A DNA stretch of 62,342 nt, filler included, from Sphacelaria rigidula (Eukaryota), in NCBI GenBank assembly GCA_964200075.2. It is 8 parts of 8 records of this genome, joined end to end, with 100 filler letters (N's around TTAATTAATTAA, not from the genome) between each part and the next. Parts side by side here need not be neighbours in the genome. Positions count along the whole stretch, not along the records: positions 1 to 7,706 come from CAXNAA020013727.1; positions 7,807 to 15,512 come from CAXNAA020013728.1; 6 more parts are not named here. The stretch is one strand, 5' to 3'. Made by a program: the position numbers and the translations under genes. Position 1 is the first letter of the stretch. Each line of letters opens with the position of its first letter. Shown piece after piece: positions 1-12,799 of the stretch. Below the pieces are notes generated by a model. The model saw only the letters and a list, made by a program, of their open reading frames with translations. It ran no database searches and was not told the origin of the DNA.

Positions 1-2598
1 TAAACCTCAATTCTCACAATTTGCTGTTATCTGGAGTTGTGGCCCGTTCATGTACTGGAGTCGTCAGCAGTCCCTCCAAATCAACAAAAATCTGTCGAGA
101 AAAAGATTCGAATTGACAGAAGTTGCGATATGGGTACAAGATGGATATCTCAAAATGGGCAGGCTGCCGCGATTGTGAACGGGGGCCGAAAAACACATTT
201 TCATGTTGACGCATTTCACAACCATCGCTACCCCTAACCTTGGCCCAATCCCAGGCAAACCAAGATCCCTCGGGCAAGGGTGGTACATGGCGTTCCCTGG
301 CCCAAGTGCGGCCTTCGTGGACCCCAAATCGGCGCCCGCGGCGCCGATTTCAACGAAAACGACATCTGGGCACGCGAGGACGGCACGGCACTGTCGGCCC
401 CACTGAAGATCCGATCATCACTGTCCTCACTCAAATCGAATGATACCAACCACGGACATACTACCCCGGTCAACTCTGCTTTCATGGCGTCGGGTTGAAG
501 GCGTACGTACATACCGAAGTTCGTGCGACCCAGGACCTGTGCACATTTACGGCGAACAGCACGCAGGTACCATCCACACGATTGCTCAGTGACACGCGCA
601 TCATATCAAGAAGTCAATACGTGCAGCAAGAAATCACTCCGTCTCCACGATCAAGGATGCACTACGACAAGAGTAGAAATGCCTCATACCTGTAGAGTGC
701 GCGATGCCCACGAGCGGTCTGCATACACAATCGCTGAGGTCCTGTCTTACCCGTTTGGAATCATTCACATCTCGCGCTTGCGTCACCTGCCGTAAAACAA
801 CACATGATATCGTGGCAGGTGCGGATGGTACCATGCATATTACTTGTTGATCCTATGCAGACGCCGATTTCAACAAAAACACGTCTACCTACCACATTTT
901 CTCCAGTGCGACATCTCGCTCATTTACACACACCACTTATCGATGAAGTCGTGGCTGGCCGGCTTATCAAAGACCGTCACGTAGTCCACAGTCTCAGACC
1001 TTTTGCATTCCGTGCTCATTGCACCACCGGCGGCGAGCCAATCCAAAAAAATACCGTGCGGACAGGAGCTCGTGGTTTTGTCAAGCGAACCACTCGGCAC
1101 ACGGCAGGAACAGCATGATTTGCTCTTCCCTCCGTGTTGTGCAACATGGGAGATCTTCACCCGTTAGCCAAGAAAGTAAGCGCTTAAACAGCAGCACTGA
1201 CTGGGCGGTGGAGACGTAGGTTGGAGCCAACGAACTATTGTTCCGCGTGTCATGTTCCGACGAGCTAAATTTCACCCACACGTCCGAGACACGTCGGCCC
1301 CTACTCCATCACTTTCCACCAGCCACCCAGTACCCCCCAGCGGAGCATCTTTGAAAGAATGTGGTGAGTGTGTCGTTTCGTGTAATACTTTGGATGGGCA
1401 TATATCCAACAGATGAAGGTAACTCACAGTCAAATGAAGTGCGTACACATCAATATCCTAGTCAGGGATATCAAGGGCCTCAGTGGCAAACTACTGTACT
1501 ACGGGAAGTATATTGGGCCTCGGGGAGGGGCATTTCGGAACTGAAACGATTCATCCACTAATTAACCTCTTTCCACTCTCAATCGTATCCTCTACCCTCA
1601 ATCTCACGAAAACACTCTTAGAGGTGCAATGAGGTTCACTGGGGAACAAACCCTTGTACAGAAAGAACACAACTCCATCCTTTTAATCTCAAGCGTCCGT
1701 GTACTTGTCGTGCGGTTCGACAAGAAACTCGTTCTCACTAGTTTCTTCTTCGTTTGTTGCTTCCTTTTCGTATTCACCAGTTGGGAATCAGCGATTCCAA
1801 TGAAGAGGGTCCAAAGCAGGGAGTAATTACGGTGAGCGGAAGCATTCCTCGACTTCTTCATTCACAAAGTACAACAAGGCGTTGTCGTCTTGGCGCTGAG
1901 GGACACCATCCGATCCATTTACTGGTCCGACCTACGATCCGAGGATCTCAAATTACCATCATTCTATTGATCAGACCGGAGTCCTGATATTGTAGACAAG
2001 TACCGATCCACTGTCCTACGAAGGAGATACGGTAAAGGTTTCTCAACCCCATGACAATGGCCCACCCTGGTGAGCCTCTTACTGTTACCATGAGTATTAC
2101 CGCAAGGCGATGCAACGGTGTCATATAAATTTCCATATGCAGCAAAAATGGAGTCCTTCTTTCCACAAAAAGTCATGAGAGGCCGGACAAATATATCAGT
2201 AGACCCCCGGCCTTCACACACCTCAAGGGAGGAGCACAAACTGCTTCTACGTGCTAGCAAAACCCGCAACAGGAAAAGAATAAGCTGCTTCGATATGCTG
2301 TAGCGAGGACGAAAACCTTTAACCGGCAAGGCCCAAAAACAGGGAACATATTCCCTTGATAACGACCCTTACAGGTCAGGTTAATTGCGTCGGATCTTCA
2401 CGTTCATGTCACATATTGTTGTCCTTGTTTTGGGGGGGGTTTCGCCGATAGTCGGAGGAAGATGCACTGTTGGGAGTGTTTGACTCGTCAGGCAAAGGGT
2501 TGTCACCCCACGTCTTATCACCTGGTTTTTGGGCGCTTTCCTCTGGGTATATGTGTGCTTATGTGGTCATGTGACTTATAACAACCGCTCTTGCGACA

Positions 2599-2841
2599 TG
2601 TGACAAAATGACGCCGTTGCTTTGAGTTGGTAGTGATGATCTGGATAATGACCGTTGGTAGTAATGATCTGGATACGGGGACACTATGTTGATACCCTGG
2701 TGTCTCTGGGAGGGTGCCTTAAAACGGCACTCCTGAGAATATGAGATGTTGCAAAGGCTGACAACTGAAACTGAGGCCAGTAAGACTGGGGAGACCCTCA
2801 ATCGCAGTAATCCATCAATCCTTCTTCTGACTGGCGTCACA
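2599..2841 (+). repeat. 5' LTR (243 bp)
   Basis: TG...CA ends with a 6-bp terminal inverted repeat. Aligns to 6982-7201 and carries an extra ~23-bp internal tandem duplication (ggtagt.atgatctggata). Confidence 0.92.
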
Positions 2842-3304
2842 ATATCGGTATTAGTGCTAGTGTTAGTGCTGGAAATAGGGCCCAGCAAAACCTGCTGGAG
2901 AGGATTTCGGCGGAGGAGTCTGGAGGGCTCTGGCAGCTGTGGGAAACATGAGAAACCACGGGCGCGTGGAGAGGGTTCCAGCTGAGGCACCTGCAGAAAG
3001 GTGGCTGGCCTGTGGTTGATCCAGACTGGAGACTTGCTGAAGCTGCGTGCAGCGGGAGTTTGGAGGCTCCTACGACTGTCTGATACGGCAGCGGAGCAAG
3101 AAAGTGTGTAATTTGCGAAGGTCCGCTCGCCTGCGAAAGGTTTGCAGGTAGCAGGTTGCAGCTGTGGCGACCTGCTCGTGTAGTACGACCAGCGTGACGC
3201 CCGTGGTTATGCGGGAAGAGTTGCGACCTCCCCAATTTGGGGATAGGTACTGCGAGAGTGCATCTCGCACTTTTTATACGGAGTACTAGGAGTACAGAAA
3301 GCGT

Positions 3305-4500
3305 GTGGAGCACGCTAGCGCAGGGGATGCTGTGCGGCATCAGGAGGTGTCAATGACTCAACAAGTGCCAACTCATGTGCAGAGAGTATTTGCTCGTCTG
3401 GAGCATAAAAACAGCACAATCACCCCGCCGCAATTGGTTGCGGCAATCACAAAGCATGCTGGGCATGCGGTGAGCACTTGCCACTGTTGTGGCCAGGTCG
3501 GCCATTACGCGCGCGATTGCCCAACGTCTACCGGTGGAGAATCTGGGCAGTCTCATGCCGCGCGCCATCAGCATCGTCAGCACAAGGGCAAAATACGAGG
3601 TAATCGGGGTGACGGCGGCAGATCCTCCGACGGTGGAGGGTCGCAGTCGAGTCCTCAGCAGCAGCACCAGCAGTACCAGCAGCACCAGCAGCAGGGGCAG
3701 CGACGTCAGCATAGGTCTGGTTCTGGGTCCGGCGCTGCTGTAGGTGCTGCTGCTCCACAACGGGCGGTGCAGGTGGGACCGACTTATATAGTGTCGAACA
3801 CTACGCCGGCGCCGACGATGGCGCCGTTGGCGACACCGGCAGCAGCACCGGGCACGACGCCTGCTGACGCGGTGGTCGGAGGTTCGCCAAGTTCTTGGTC
3901 TGCTGGCTGGGGATCATACCCGCGAGCGGTGCCGTTTGAACCTTCCAGCGTGTCTTCGCCTGTGCAGCTTGCGCAGCCGTGGCGTCAAGTGGGATTAGCG
4001 GCGCATCGATCGGCGAATGAAGTGCCAGCGGAATCTGCGCACAAATATGTTCCTGCGGAGCTGTGTCTTCCCAATCAACGGGAGCGTGGAGCCATTGCGG
4101 TTCGGGCTAAGTGGGATTCTGGCGCCCACTTCACGGGTCACGTGAATCTGTCGGTACAGATTGTAGAGATGATGGAACGTCTTCTCCCAGGTGTGCCGCT
4201 GCGCAAGCTGTTTTCGCTCGGGGTGCGGCAGGCCGTCGCGCGTCGGGTCAGCATGTTTACATCACAGAGCCTACTATTCCGCTGCAGCTGACTTTCACGA
4301 CTTCCTGGGGGGCGGCGTCGTTGCCTCCGATCTCGTTTGCGATCATGCCAGGGTCGGATGGCGTCATTCTTCTGGGGTTGCCGACGCTTCAGGATCTTAG
4401 AATCGACGCTCGGCGGTTGTGGGACTCCATGAGACGCGGATATCTCCGCCTGGTCCACGCTTGGAGACGCTCGCCTTTTGGGGCAGTCGCCGCGTGAGCT
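3305..4500 (+). pseudogene. gag (CCHC zinc knuckle) and aspartic protease remnant
   Basis: CHCCGQVGHYARDC knuckle. WDSGA protease-like motif, then frameshifted TTSWG...FAIMPGSDGVILLG. Confidence 0.8.
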
Positions 4501-6907
4501 TGTCGGTGGATGCTTTTCAGGAGGCTGGGGAGCAGGTGGCTGAGGAGCGGGATGCGGCGGTGGAACGCTTGGTAAAGGGCGGTCCGGAGATGTTTAAGGT
4601 TCCGGCGGAAGAGGAATCCGCTCGGAAGGTCGCGCTGGAGGAGAGCGTGACGGACGCTGTGGCGAAAGGCCTTAGCGTTTCAAAAGCGGAGCGCCTGCGC
4701 GGCATATTGCAGTGCCGCGTCAACACGTTTCGTCGTGCGCTGCGGGGTGATCCCCCTGCGCGCGTGGAGCTCATGCGTGTTCAGCTAAACCTGGGGCGTC
4801 CGCGGCGAAGACGAAGCCGCGGCCGTGCAATCCACTGAAGTCGAGTTGGTTGGCGTTGTGCATGGCGGCTCTTTTGGCGCTCGGGTTGGTGTTACGGAAT
4901 TTTCAGGCGGGGTGGTCCAGTCCAGGTATGGCGTTTCCGAAGAAGGCTGCATCGTGGACGGAGGGCAGGCTGTAGGCGTGGGCGGTAGCGAAGGATCTGG
5001 TGGCTTATGCCATGACGCTGTTCCATCCTCGTCCTGATTGTCAGGTGTTGATGTTTTCGGATGCATCTAAGCGCCATTGGGGTAGTGGTCATGCGGGTGC
5101 CTACAGTTGAAATGCAAAGGCCTGTGCGCGCTGTGGTTGTGTATGGTCCGTGTGAACCTGATGACTCGATGCCGTCCAAATCTGTTGTCCGCCAAGCGCA
5201 ACGAAAAGACCTTAGGGGCCAAGGTGCGGATGTGCAATCTTTCGAGTCGGACGCTGGTACTGTTATCTTGGACGATGAAGCTCTGTTTCGTGTGCATGTG
5301 CGTGGCCGAAACGTTTTGTGCATTCCGAGTTATGACAAGCAGTTGCAGGTACATCTAAAGATTTGCGCGCACATGTGCGACGCCGAGCATCGTGGTGTGA
5401 CTGCGACGCTCAGGCGCTTGCAAGAGTTTTGTGTCTGGCAGGGGATAGAAACTCATGTGCGCGAGTTTGTCCGCCAATGTCTTCACTGTACTGACTCGAG
5501 GGCAGGCGATGTTGTTCCCCGTCCGCTCGGCGAAACGGTCCATGGGACTATGCCGAATGAAGTCGTTCATTTTGACTTCTTGTACGTGGGCGAGAGTGAT
5601 CCGCTAGCTTCCAAAGGTTTGTGGGAGGATGCTGGGTTTCGATACATTTAGGTAACTATGGATGATTTGAGCAACTTCGTGTCTCTGGAACCAGTGGCAG
5701 TGTGTGCTGCTGAATCGTCTGCTGCATCTTTGCTGAATCGGTGCAAACCTTTGGGGGTGCCGCGTGTGTGGGTGAGTGATACCGCCACGCATTTCAAGAA
5801 TGTGATCTTGGCTCGATTACGAGAGGCTTTGCACGTTGATCTCCAGTTTGCGGTGGCGTATTTTCCATGGTCTAACGGTACGTGCGAATGCATGGTTAAG
5901 GAAGTAGTTCGTGTTTTACGGCGGATATCGGCTGTATATATAGTAGGCGTCTCGAATTGCGCGCGGCATGTGTAGTAGGTTTTATTTCATTCGCATATTG
6001 GTGTTATTTTCCTATTTGACGTACTCCATCCGGGCCCCTGGCCCCTCACATCGTTTTTAGCTACCTAGCAAGCCTAATACCAAAGCTATCAGCCACCACT
6101 TGGAGAGATCTCGCTTGCAAGTAAGTCGAGAGCACTTCTCTGCACGTGAAAGTGAGTCTATGTTTTATCATATGAGAATACGCTTTAGCTTATGATGCAG
6201 TGCTGATTCGGACTCAAGGGTCTGTTAGCCACGAGCTTGAGAGTCACTTCTCTCGACTACAATCATTCATTGTGGCCAGCCGCTGGCTTCGTGCCACCCC
6301 TGGCCTGGTATGTTCCTTGAAAGTGATACCCGTATCACCTCGTGACCATACCAAGACACGTGCTCTTCGCTCCATTCTTCTCGAGCAACGTAGAGCGGTT
6401 CCCGAGTGGGTGGACGTGTTGCCTGCGGTGCAATGGGCGCTCAATACAGCTTATCGTCGTCGTTACGATAGTACGCTGTACCACGTACGTGATGTTTGGC
6501 CGTGCACGTGGACTGGTCCATGGAGAGTGGTTGGGGCTCACCACCCGCACGTGTTCGAGATTCAGAACATTGTTTCGGGTCGTGTTCAGACCGCACATGC
6601 AAATCGTTTGCGTTTTTATGCAGACTCGCAGCTTAATGTTACGGCCGACGTTAAGGACGTGTTCCAGTATGCTTTAAATCATATGCAATTTCATATGGCT
6701 GGTATTGTCCGAGTGGCAGAAGCAGACGATCGTTGGTTGATGTTGTTGGTCCACTGGGCTGGTTTCGAAGTTGAGGAGCGTACGTGGGAGCCTTTCAAAG
6801 TTATTTTTGAGGCCGCTCCGGAATTTCTTTCGAAGGAGCTGCGTCAATTGCGCATGACTCGTGCCGTTTCTGCTCGCACCACGAGTGAGTTTGGTATTCA
6901 GTTGTAA
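4500..6907 (+). pseudogene. pol remnant: RT N-terminus, RT-RNaseH connection, integrase and chromodomain, with stops, deletions and a nested insertion
   Basis: NPLKSSWLA...WSSPGMAFPKK (to ~4945) jumps to LFHPRPDCQVLMFSDAS. Integrase motifs AHMCDAEHRG, CLHC, VHFDF, WVSDTATHF, WSNGTCE. Chromodomain LVHWAGFEVEERTWEP. Stop at 6907. Confidence 0.88.
5912..6358. mobile_element. ~447-bp insertion (probable solo LTR) interrupting the integrase
   Basis: Removing it restores KEVVR|ALRSILLEQRR. Ends TGTTTT...AAGACA. Flanking CG (or CGTG) duplicated. Confidence 0.65.
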
Positions 6908-6981
6908 CTTACTCATCGTTTTGGCGTTTTCTATGTGTCAAGCTTGCTGATCGATTTTCGCCCAACGCGCTTTGGGGGTGC

Positions 6982-7201
6982 TGTGACGAAATTATGCCGT
7001 TACGTTGAGTTGGTAGTGATTATCTGGGTAATGACCGGGGACACTAGGTTAATACCCTGGTGTGTCTAGGAGGGTGCCTTGGAACGGCACTCCTGATAAT
7101 ATGAGATGTTGTAAAGGCTGACAACCGAAACTGAGGCCAGTAAGCCTGAGGAGTCCCTCAACAGCAGTGACCCACCAGTCTTTCTTCTGGCTGACGTCAC
7201 A
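6982..7201 (+). repeat. 3' LTR (220 bp)
   Basis: TGTGAC...GTCACA, homologous to 2599-2841, preceded by the PPT-like tract. Confidence 0.92.
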
Positions 7202-7706
7202 GACATCATCTGTACTAGCCAGCCAAGGCCCTGCGGATGAGCGTCGCTTGTGGGCAGAGCCTTCTTCGTTTGTATCGTGTCATGTGTGTTTGGTTTTTCG
7301 CATCGCTCCAAGTCATCCCTCGTCCAATGTATCATAATGTATGCACATACTGTGAAGGTCAGCTCTTGAGAAGCACCGTTCGGCCAAAGCTTCTGCTCTT
7401 GCGTGGACCAGGATATATATTTTCGGGGTACTTGTTGGCTTTCACGGGGGGGAAGCTCTACTTTTTGTATTACTGCAGGTCCCTCTTCCGCATGGCTTCC
7501 GGTAAGAACGAGGCCGTACAATAACTCACAAGAGCAATGGAAAAAATGAACAAATTCGAAGAAGCGTCTTGCGACTCAGGGATCCGGGGACCACACTATT
7601 TGAGTAGGGACAGCAGCAGTGTACCGTTGTACTGTGTGACGCTAGCAGGTCTGCTAGTACTGCAGCGTCTAAATGCTGTTGAGGGACTCCCCAGCTCTTC
7701 TGGCCT

Positions 7707-7806
7707 NNNNNNNNNNNNNNNNNNNNNNNNNNNNNNNNNNNNNNNNNNNNTTAATTAATTAANNNNNNNNNNNNNNNNNNNNNNNNNNNNNNNNNNNNNN
7801 NNNNNN
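7707..7806. other. Artificial spacer N44-TTAATTAATTAA-N44 (same at 15513-15612, 23319-23418, 31124-31223, 38929-39028, 46734-46833, 54539-54638)
   Basis: Seven identical 100-bp spacers with a six-frame stop linker, spaced 7805-7806 bp apart. Confidence 0.98.
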
Positions 7807-7903
7807 TTCACAAACCGTTGGCTCTTTCAACACACAGTTGAACCGAAATTTCCCGCAAAAAAAGGCCCAAAAATCCCCCCCCCCCCCCTATCGTAGGATG
7901 ACT

Positions 7904-9636
7904 CAATCGATCAACCAACCCCTGAACTAACCAACTCACCAATCAATCAAACAATCAATTAACAAACCCATTCATCAATCCATCCATGAATTCATCGATC
8001 GATTGATCGATCGATCGATCCATAAATCAATCAATCCATCAACCAATCGATCAATCAATGCATCAATGAATCAATGAACCAACCAGTGAACCAACCAATC
8101 AATTAATTGATCAATCAATCCACCCATCAATCAACCAATGAACCAATCGATCAATCGATCAATCAATCAATCAATCAATCAATCCGTTGATCCATTGACC
8201 AATCAATCAATTAGTCAGTTACACAACGAATCAATCAATCCATCCATCCATCGATCATCCGATCAATCAACCCATCAACCAATGAATTAATCAATCAATC
8301 AAATCATCAAACAATCCATCGACCATTTGATCAATCAATCAATCGATCAAAGTATCAAACAATCCATCCATCATTCGATCGATCGATCGATCGATCGATC
8401 CATCAATAGATCAATCAATCCATCCATCAGTTCATCAATCCATCAATCTACTAATCAATCAATCAACTCACCAACCAATCATCAATCAACGAACCAATCG
8501 ATCCACCCAACAATCAACGAATTAACCAATGAAGCGACCAACCAACCAATCAATCAATCGATCGATCAATGAATAAACTAATCGATCAATGAATCAATAA
8601 AGCAATGAACCAACCAATCATCGACCAATGATCCGATCCATCAATAATCAATCATTCCCTCAACCAAACCATCAATGAGTGAATTGATCAATCGACCAAT
8701 CAACCAATCAACCAACCGACCAACCAATCGATCGATCCACCCATCAATCACTGAATCAATCAATTCATCAAACAACTCATCCGTCAATCAATCGATCAAT
8801 CAATCAATCGATCAATCAACCCATGAATCAGTTCATCAACCAATGAACCAACCAACCAACCGATCGATAAATCAATCAACCAACCAACCAACCCATCCAT
8901 TGATCAATCGATCGATCGATCTATCGATCCATCCATTAATCAATCAATCGATCTATCAATCGATCGATCAAGTAATCAATCCATCAATCAATCGATCAAT
9001 CAATCAATGAAGCAGCCAATAATCAATCAATCGATCAATCAGTCCACCCATCAATCGATCAATGAACCAGCCAATAATCAATCAATGAATCAATCAGTCC
9101 ACCCATCAATCAATCAATTAACCAATGAACCGACCGACCGATCAATCAATCAATCGATCGATCGATCCATCCATCAATCCATCCATCAATCAATCGATCA
9201 ATCGATCAATCGATCAATGCATCAATTAACCAACCAATCATCAACCCACGAATCAATCAATCCATCCATCATTCAACCCATCAATCAATCAACCAATGAA
9301 ACAACCAACCAACCAATCGATCAATCAACCAATCAACCAATCAACCAATCAATTCATCAATCCATCAATCGATCCATCGATCCATCAATCAATCCATCGA
9401 TCAATGAATGAATCAATGAATGAATCGATGAATCAATCGATCAATCGATCAATCAATTGACAATCAATCGATCAATCGATCAATCAATTGACAATCGATC
9501 GATCAATCAATCAATCAACCAATCAGCGAATCAACCAGCCCAACCATCAATCAATCAACCAACCAATGGACCGACCAACCAATCGATCAATCAATCCATC
9601 AATTAACCCATCAATCAATCAATTAACCAATAAACC
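7904..9636. repeat. Degenerate tetranucleotide satellite (ATCA/ATCG/ATCC/ACCA)n, left part
   Basis: Continuous 4-bp periodic low-complexity sequence. Confidence 0.95.
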
Positions 9637-11092
9637 ACACGCGTGGACAGATAGCACCTTGTAGGGCATGCTGCACAGGGTTCTTCCCAGTCTTTGTGAG
9701 AATCCCTGTGCAGCATTTGCAAACCCTAGTACCCCTACCAGAATTTTGTGTAGCGTTTTTCTCGAGTCCCTATAAGCAACCCTGTGGAAAGGCACTCTCA
9801 ATTTGAAAATTCCAAATTGTTTTGTTACAAAATCGATAAATTATTTTTTTAGAGGAGCTGTTTGAAATAATTCCTCTCTTTGCCCAATTTCCAATCGGGC
9901 AATCGGGCAAAAAGAGGAATTATTTTGGAAAGCAGAAGAAGGTATTCGAAATAGATCCTTTTTTCGCCCAGTTAAACTGGGCAAAAAGAGGATCTACCTT
10001 GAACAGCTTCATCTGCTACACAAGTCCCATACACATGTACTTGTGTAGCAGATGAAGCTGTTCAAGGTAGATCCTCTTTTTGCCCAATTTTACTGAGCAA
10101 AAAAAGGATATATTTTGAACAACTTCATCTGCTCCACAAATCCGATACACACTGGCAGATTTGGAATATATACAGGAGAAGAAGCTCGAAATGAATCCTC
10201 ACTTTGCCCGCTGATTAATCCGGGAATTGGGCAAAAAGAGAACTTATTGCGAAGAGCCTCAAGTGTGCAAGTTCTGCACACTGCGCTATAATCAGCAGAT
10301 GGTTCCGAGATGCAGCAAAGATTGTTGAAAATGATTTATCCTTTTGCCCCCCAATTTATATATCAATTGGGCTAAAGGATGGAACTCTCAGCAGCTTTTG
10401 CTGGATACGAATATCACACACTGCTTACGAGTGTATGTCCACATGCCTGAGCTTAAATACGATGCCTTGGCTTTAGGCGTGGATGCTGAAATAGAGGTGT
10501 ATATCTCGCATATGTATGCGCGCAGTTCACAGAAAACCCCGTGGTCCAATGTCTACCAAGACAAACTAAATGATGTTTGGAAAAAATTACTCAACCAGTC
10601 ATGCTTTTGTTCATGGAGGTTTTTGCTTGATGTTCATTAGAAGCACAAATATATATATATATATATATATGTATATACATGCCACCCTATCAACAAATCC
10701 GGTAGCTCAAGGGGTGTCCCGTCGTATTCCCGAGCCCTAAGAAGTGATTTCAGTACCTCCCACTGCCATTTCTCTACCGTTTTTTTCTGCCAGTACCATG
10801 CCCATGCTGTGTGGTGGAGCATATTGTACGTGCGATATAAACACTGTACAGCATATTAACAACAATGGACAGTACTCGGGGTGACGAAACCCTGTGAAGC
10901 ATACTGTGCGGCGCGAAAAAAAACCTACAGCCAAATCCCTGCTAGAAACACTGCACAGTTTCCCTTAAACCCTGGGAAGCTTACTGTGTAGCGCAAGAAA
11001 ACATCCTACAGCCAAATCCCCGCGAGGAACACTGCACGGTTTCCCTGAACCCTGTAGACGTGTCCCACAGGGTGCTATCTGTCCACGTGTGT
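9637..11092. mobile_element. Non-autonomous TIR DNA transposon (~1.46 kb) inserted in the satellite
   Basis: ~45-bp TIRs ACACGCGTGGACAGATAGCACC.TGT.GG / CC.ACA.GGTGCTATCTGTCCACGTGTGT. Subterminal ~80-bp tandem repeats at ~10886-11046. Flanked by AACC (TSD ambiguous in satellite context). No transposase. Confidence 0.85.
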
Positions 11093-11218
11093 AACCAACC
11101 GACCAATCGATCAATCAATCAACCCATCCATCGATCCATCAACACATTAATCCATCAACCCTCCATCAATCGATCAATCAATCAATCAATCGATCAATCA
11201 ATCAATCAATCGATCAAT

Positions 11219-11269
<51 letters not shown>

Positions 11270-11830
11270 CCAATCCACCAATCCACCAATCCACCAATCC
11301 ATCAATCAATCGATCGATCGATCGATCGGTCAAACCATCCGTTCATCAACCAATGAATGAATGAATCAATCAATCGATCGATCGATCAATCAATCAATCG
11401 ATCGATCAATCAATCAACTAATCGATCAATGGATCAATGAATCAATGAATCAATGACCTGATCAATCATCAACCAATGATCCGATCCCTCCATTCATCAA
11501 TCAATTCATCCATCAATGAACCCATCCATCCATCAATCAACCAATCAACCAACCAATCGATCAATCAACCAACCCATTCACCAATCCATCAATCCACCAA
11601 TCAATCGATCGATCGATCAACCCATCCATCAATGAATCAATGAATCAATGAATCAATGAATCAATGAATCAATGAATCGATCGATTAATCAATCAAGCAA
11701 ATGAATAAATGGATGAATTGAATGAATGGATGAATTGAATGAGTGAATGGATGAATCCATCCATCCATCCATTAATCAAATCAAATCAAATCGATCAAAC
11801 CAATCAATCGGTCAGTCAAATCAATCAATC
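11093..11830. repeat. Degenerate (ATCA)n satellite, right part
   Basis: Same 4-bp periodicity as 7904-9636. Confidence 0.95.
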
Positions 11831-12340
11831 CCCGAAATTACCAGTACAACACCCGACCCAACGAGAGCTCCAAGCGTATTTCTTTTTAGCGTGCCGAGTC
11901 TGAATAACCCCTACACGATCGCTTTTGCTGAAGGCCCGCATCTCCAAATAACTACTTTTTTTCTCTATAGGTGACCAGTGACGATCTGAAGGCATGGCTG
12001 ATGTGCGGCTTGGCGGAGGAGGACGAGCAAATCAAAGAGGCAAGCGCGATTTGTTTTTTGTTCGAATATTTCAGGGCGGGACTCATCAACGACAAGAAGA
12101 CGTGTTTCCACCATGGTTATTTTCATTGTTGCGGAGTAAGGCGCGGGTCCCCCCCCCCGGCTGTTTATAGTGCTGCTCCGCCACTTGAAAGGTCGCGATC
12201 TGTGCTGTGTTGTGTGTTGTGTGTCGTGTTAATCTTATCTCATCTTGAGTGATGCCGTGATAGCCCCCCCCCACTCCCGTCAAATGAGCCCCAAAAATAC
12301 CACGAAAATAATGACCACATAGCGCGTGATAGCTTATTTC

Positions 12341-12799
12341 CAGGGTTATACACGTTACACGTTCACGTTCACGTTACGTTCATCACGTAGAAAATGAGAA
12401 CGTTCACGTGACGTGACGTGTGTCACGAGATTTGTTTTAAACGTTACGTTAACGTTACAATTGAAAATTTAACGTTACGTTCACGTTACGTTCATCACGT
12501 AAAAAATGAGAACGTTCACGTTACGTTTCGGCCAAAACGTAGCGTGAACGTAACGTGTAACGCTATGGCACGTGTAACGTGTATAGCCCTGGCTATACAT
12601 GTACATGTTGACGTTCACGTCACGTTCATCACGTAAAGAACAATTAACGTTTACATTACGTGACGTGTGTCACGTAAAACAAAATTAACGTTACGTTGAC
12701 GTTATTTTTTAAAAATTAACGTTCACGTTACGTTAATTTTTCAAAAATAACGTCAACGTAACGTGTAACGCTATGGCACGTGTAACGTGTATAGCCCTG
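12341..12799. mobile_element. hAT-type MITE, head-to-tail dimer, ACGT-rich
   Basis: 21-bp TIR CAGGG(T/C)TATACACGTTACACG (20/21 match). 8-bp TSD CTTATTTC/GTTATTTC (one mismatch). A second right end occurs internally at ~12571-12591. Confidence 0.82.

Larger units (their letters stand above)
2599..7201 (+). mobile_element. Ty3/gypsy chromodomain-bearing LTR retrotransposon, full-length boundaries, internally deleted and degenerate
   Basis: Two LTRs (2599-2841, 6982-7201), each TGTGAC...GTCACA. 4-bp TSD GACA at 2595-2598 and 7202-7205. G-rich PPT-like tract CGCTTTGGGGGTGC just before the 3' LTR. Internal order gag-PR-(RT/RH remnants)-IN-chromodomain. Confidence 0.93.

Noticed and set aside
326-350. 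11-bp GC-rich hairpin AAATCGGCGCC-cgc-GGCGCCGATTT as a terminator
   Set aside because: Eukaryotic repeat context with no upstream gene. Likely part of a dispersed repeat.
1950-2200. Possible minus-strand gypsy integrase zinc-finger relic (EAH...GH.GVEK)
   Set aside because: Motif fragments fall in different frames and are too degenerate to support a call.
7751-7762. TTAATTAATTAA as a biological motif
   Set aside because: Always centred in N-runs. Synthetic linker.
8327-11356. INQS-repeat ORFs
   Set aside because: Translations of the (ATCA)n satellite.
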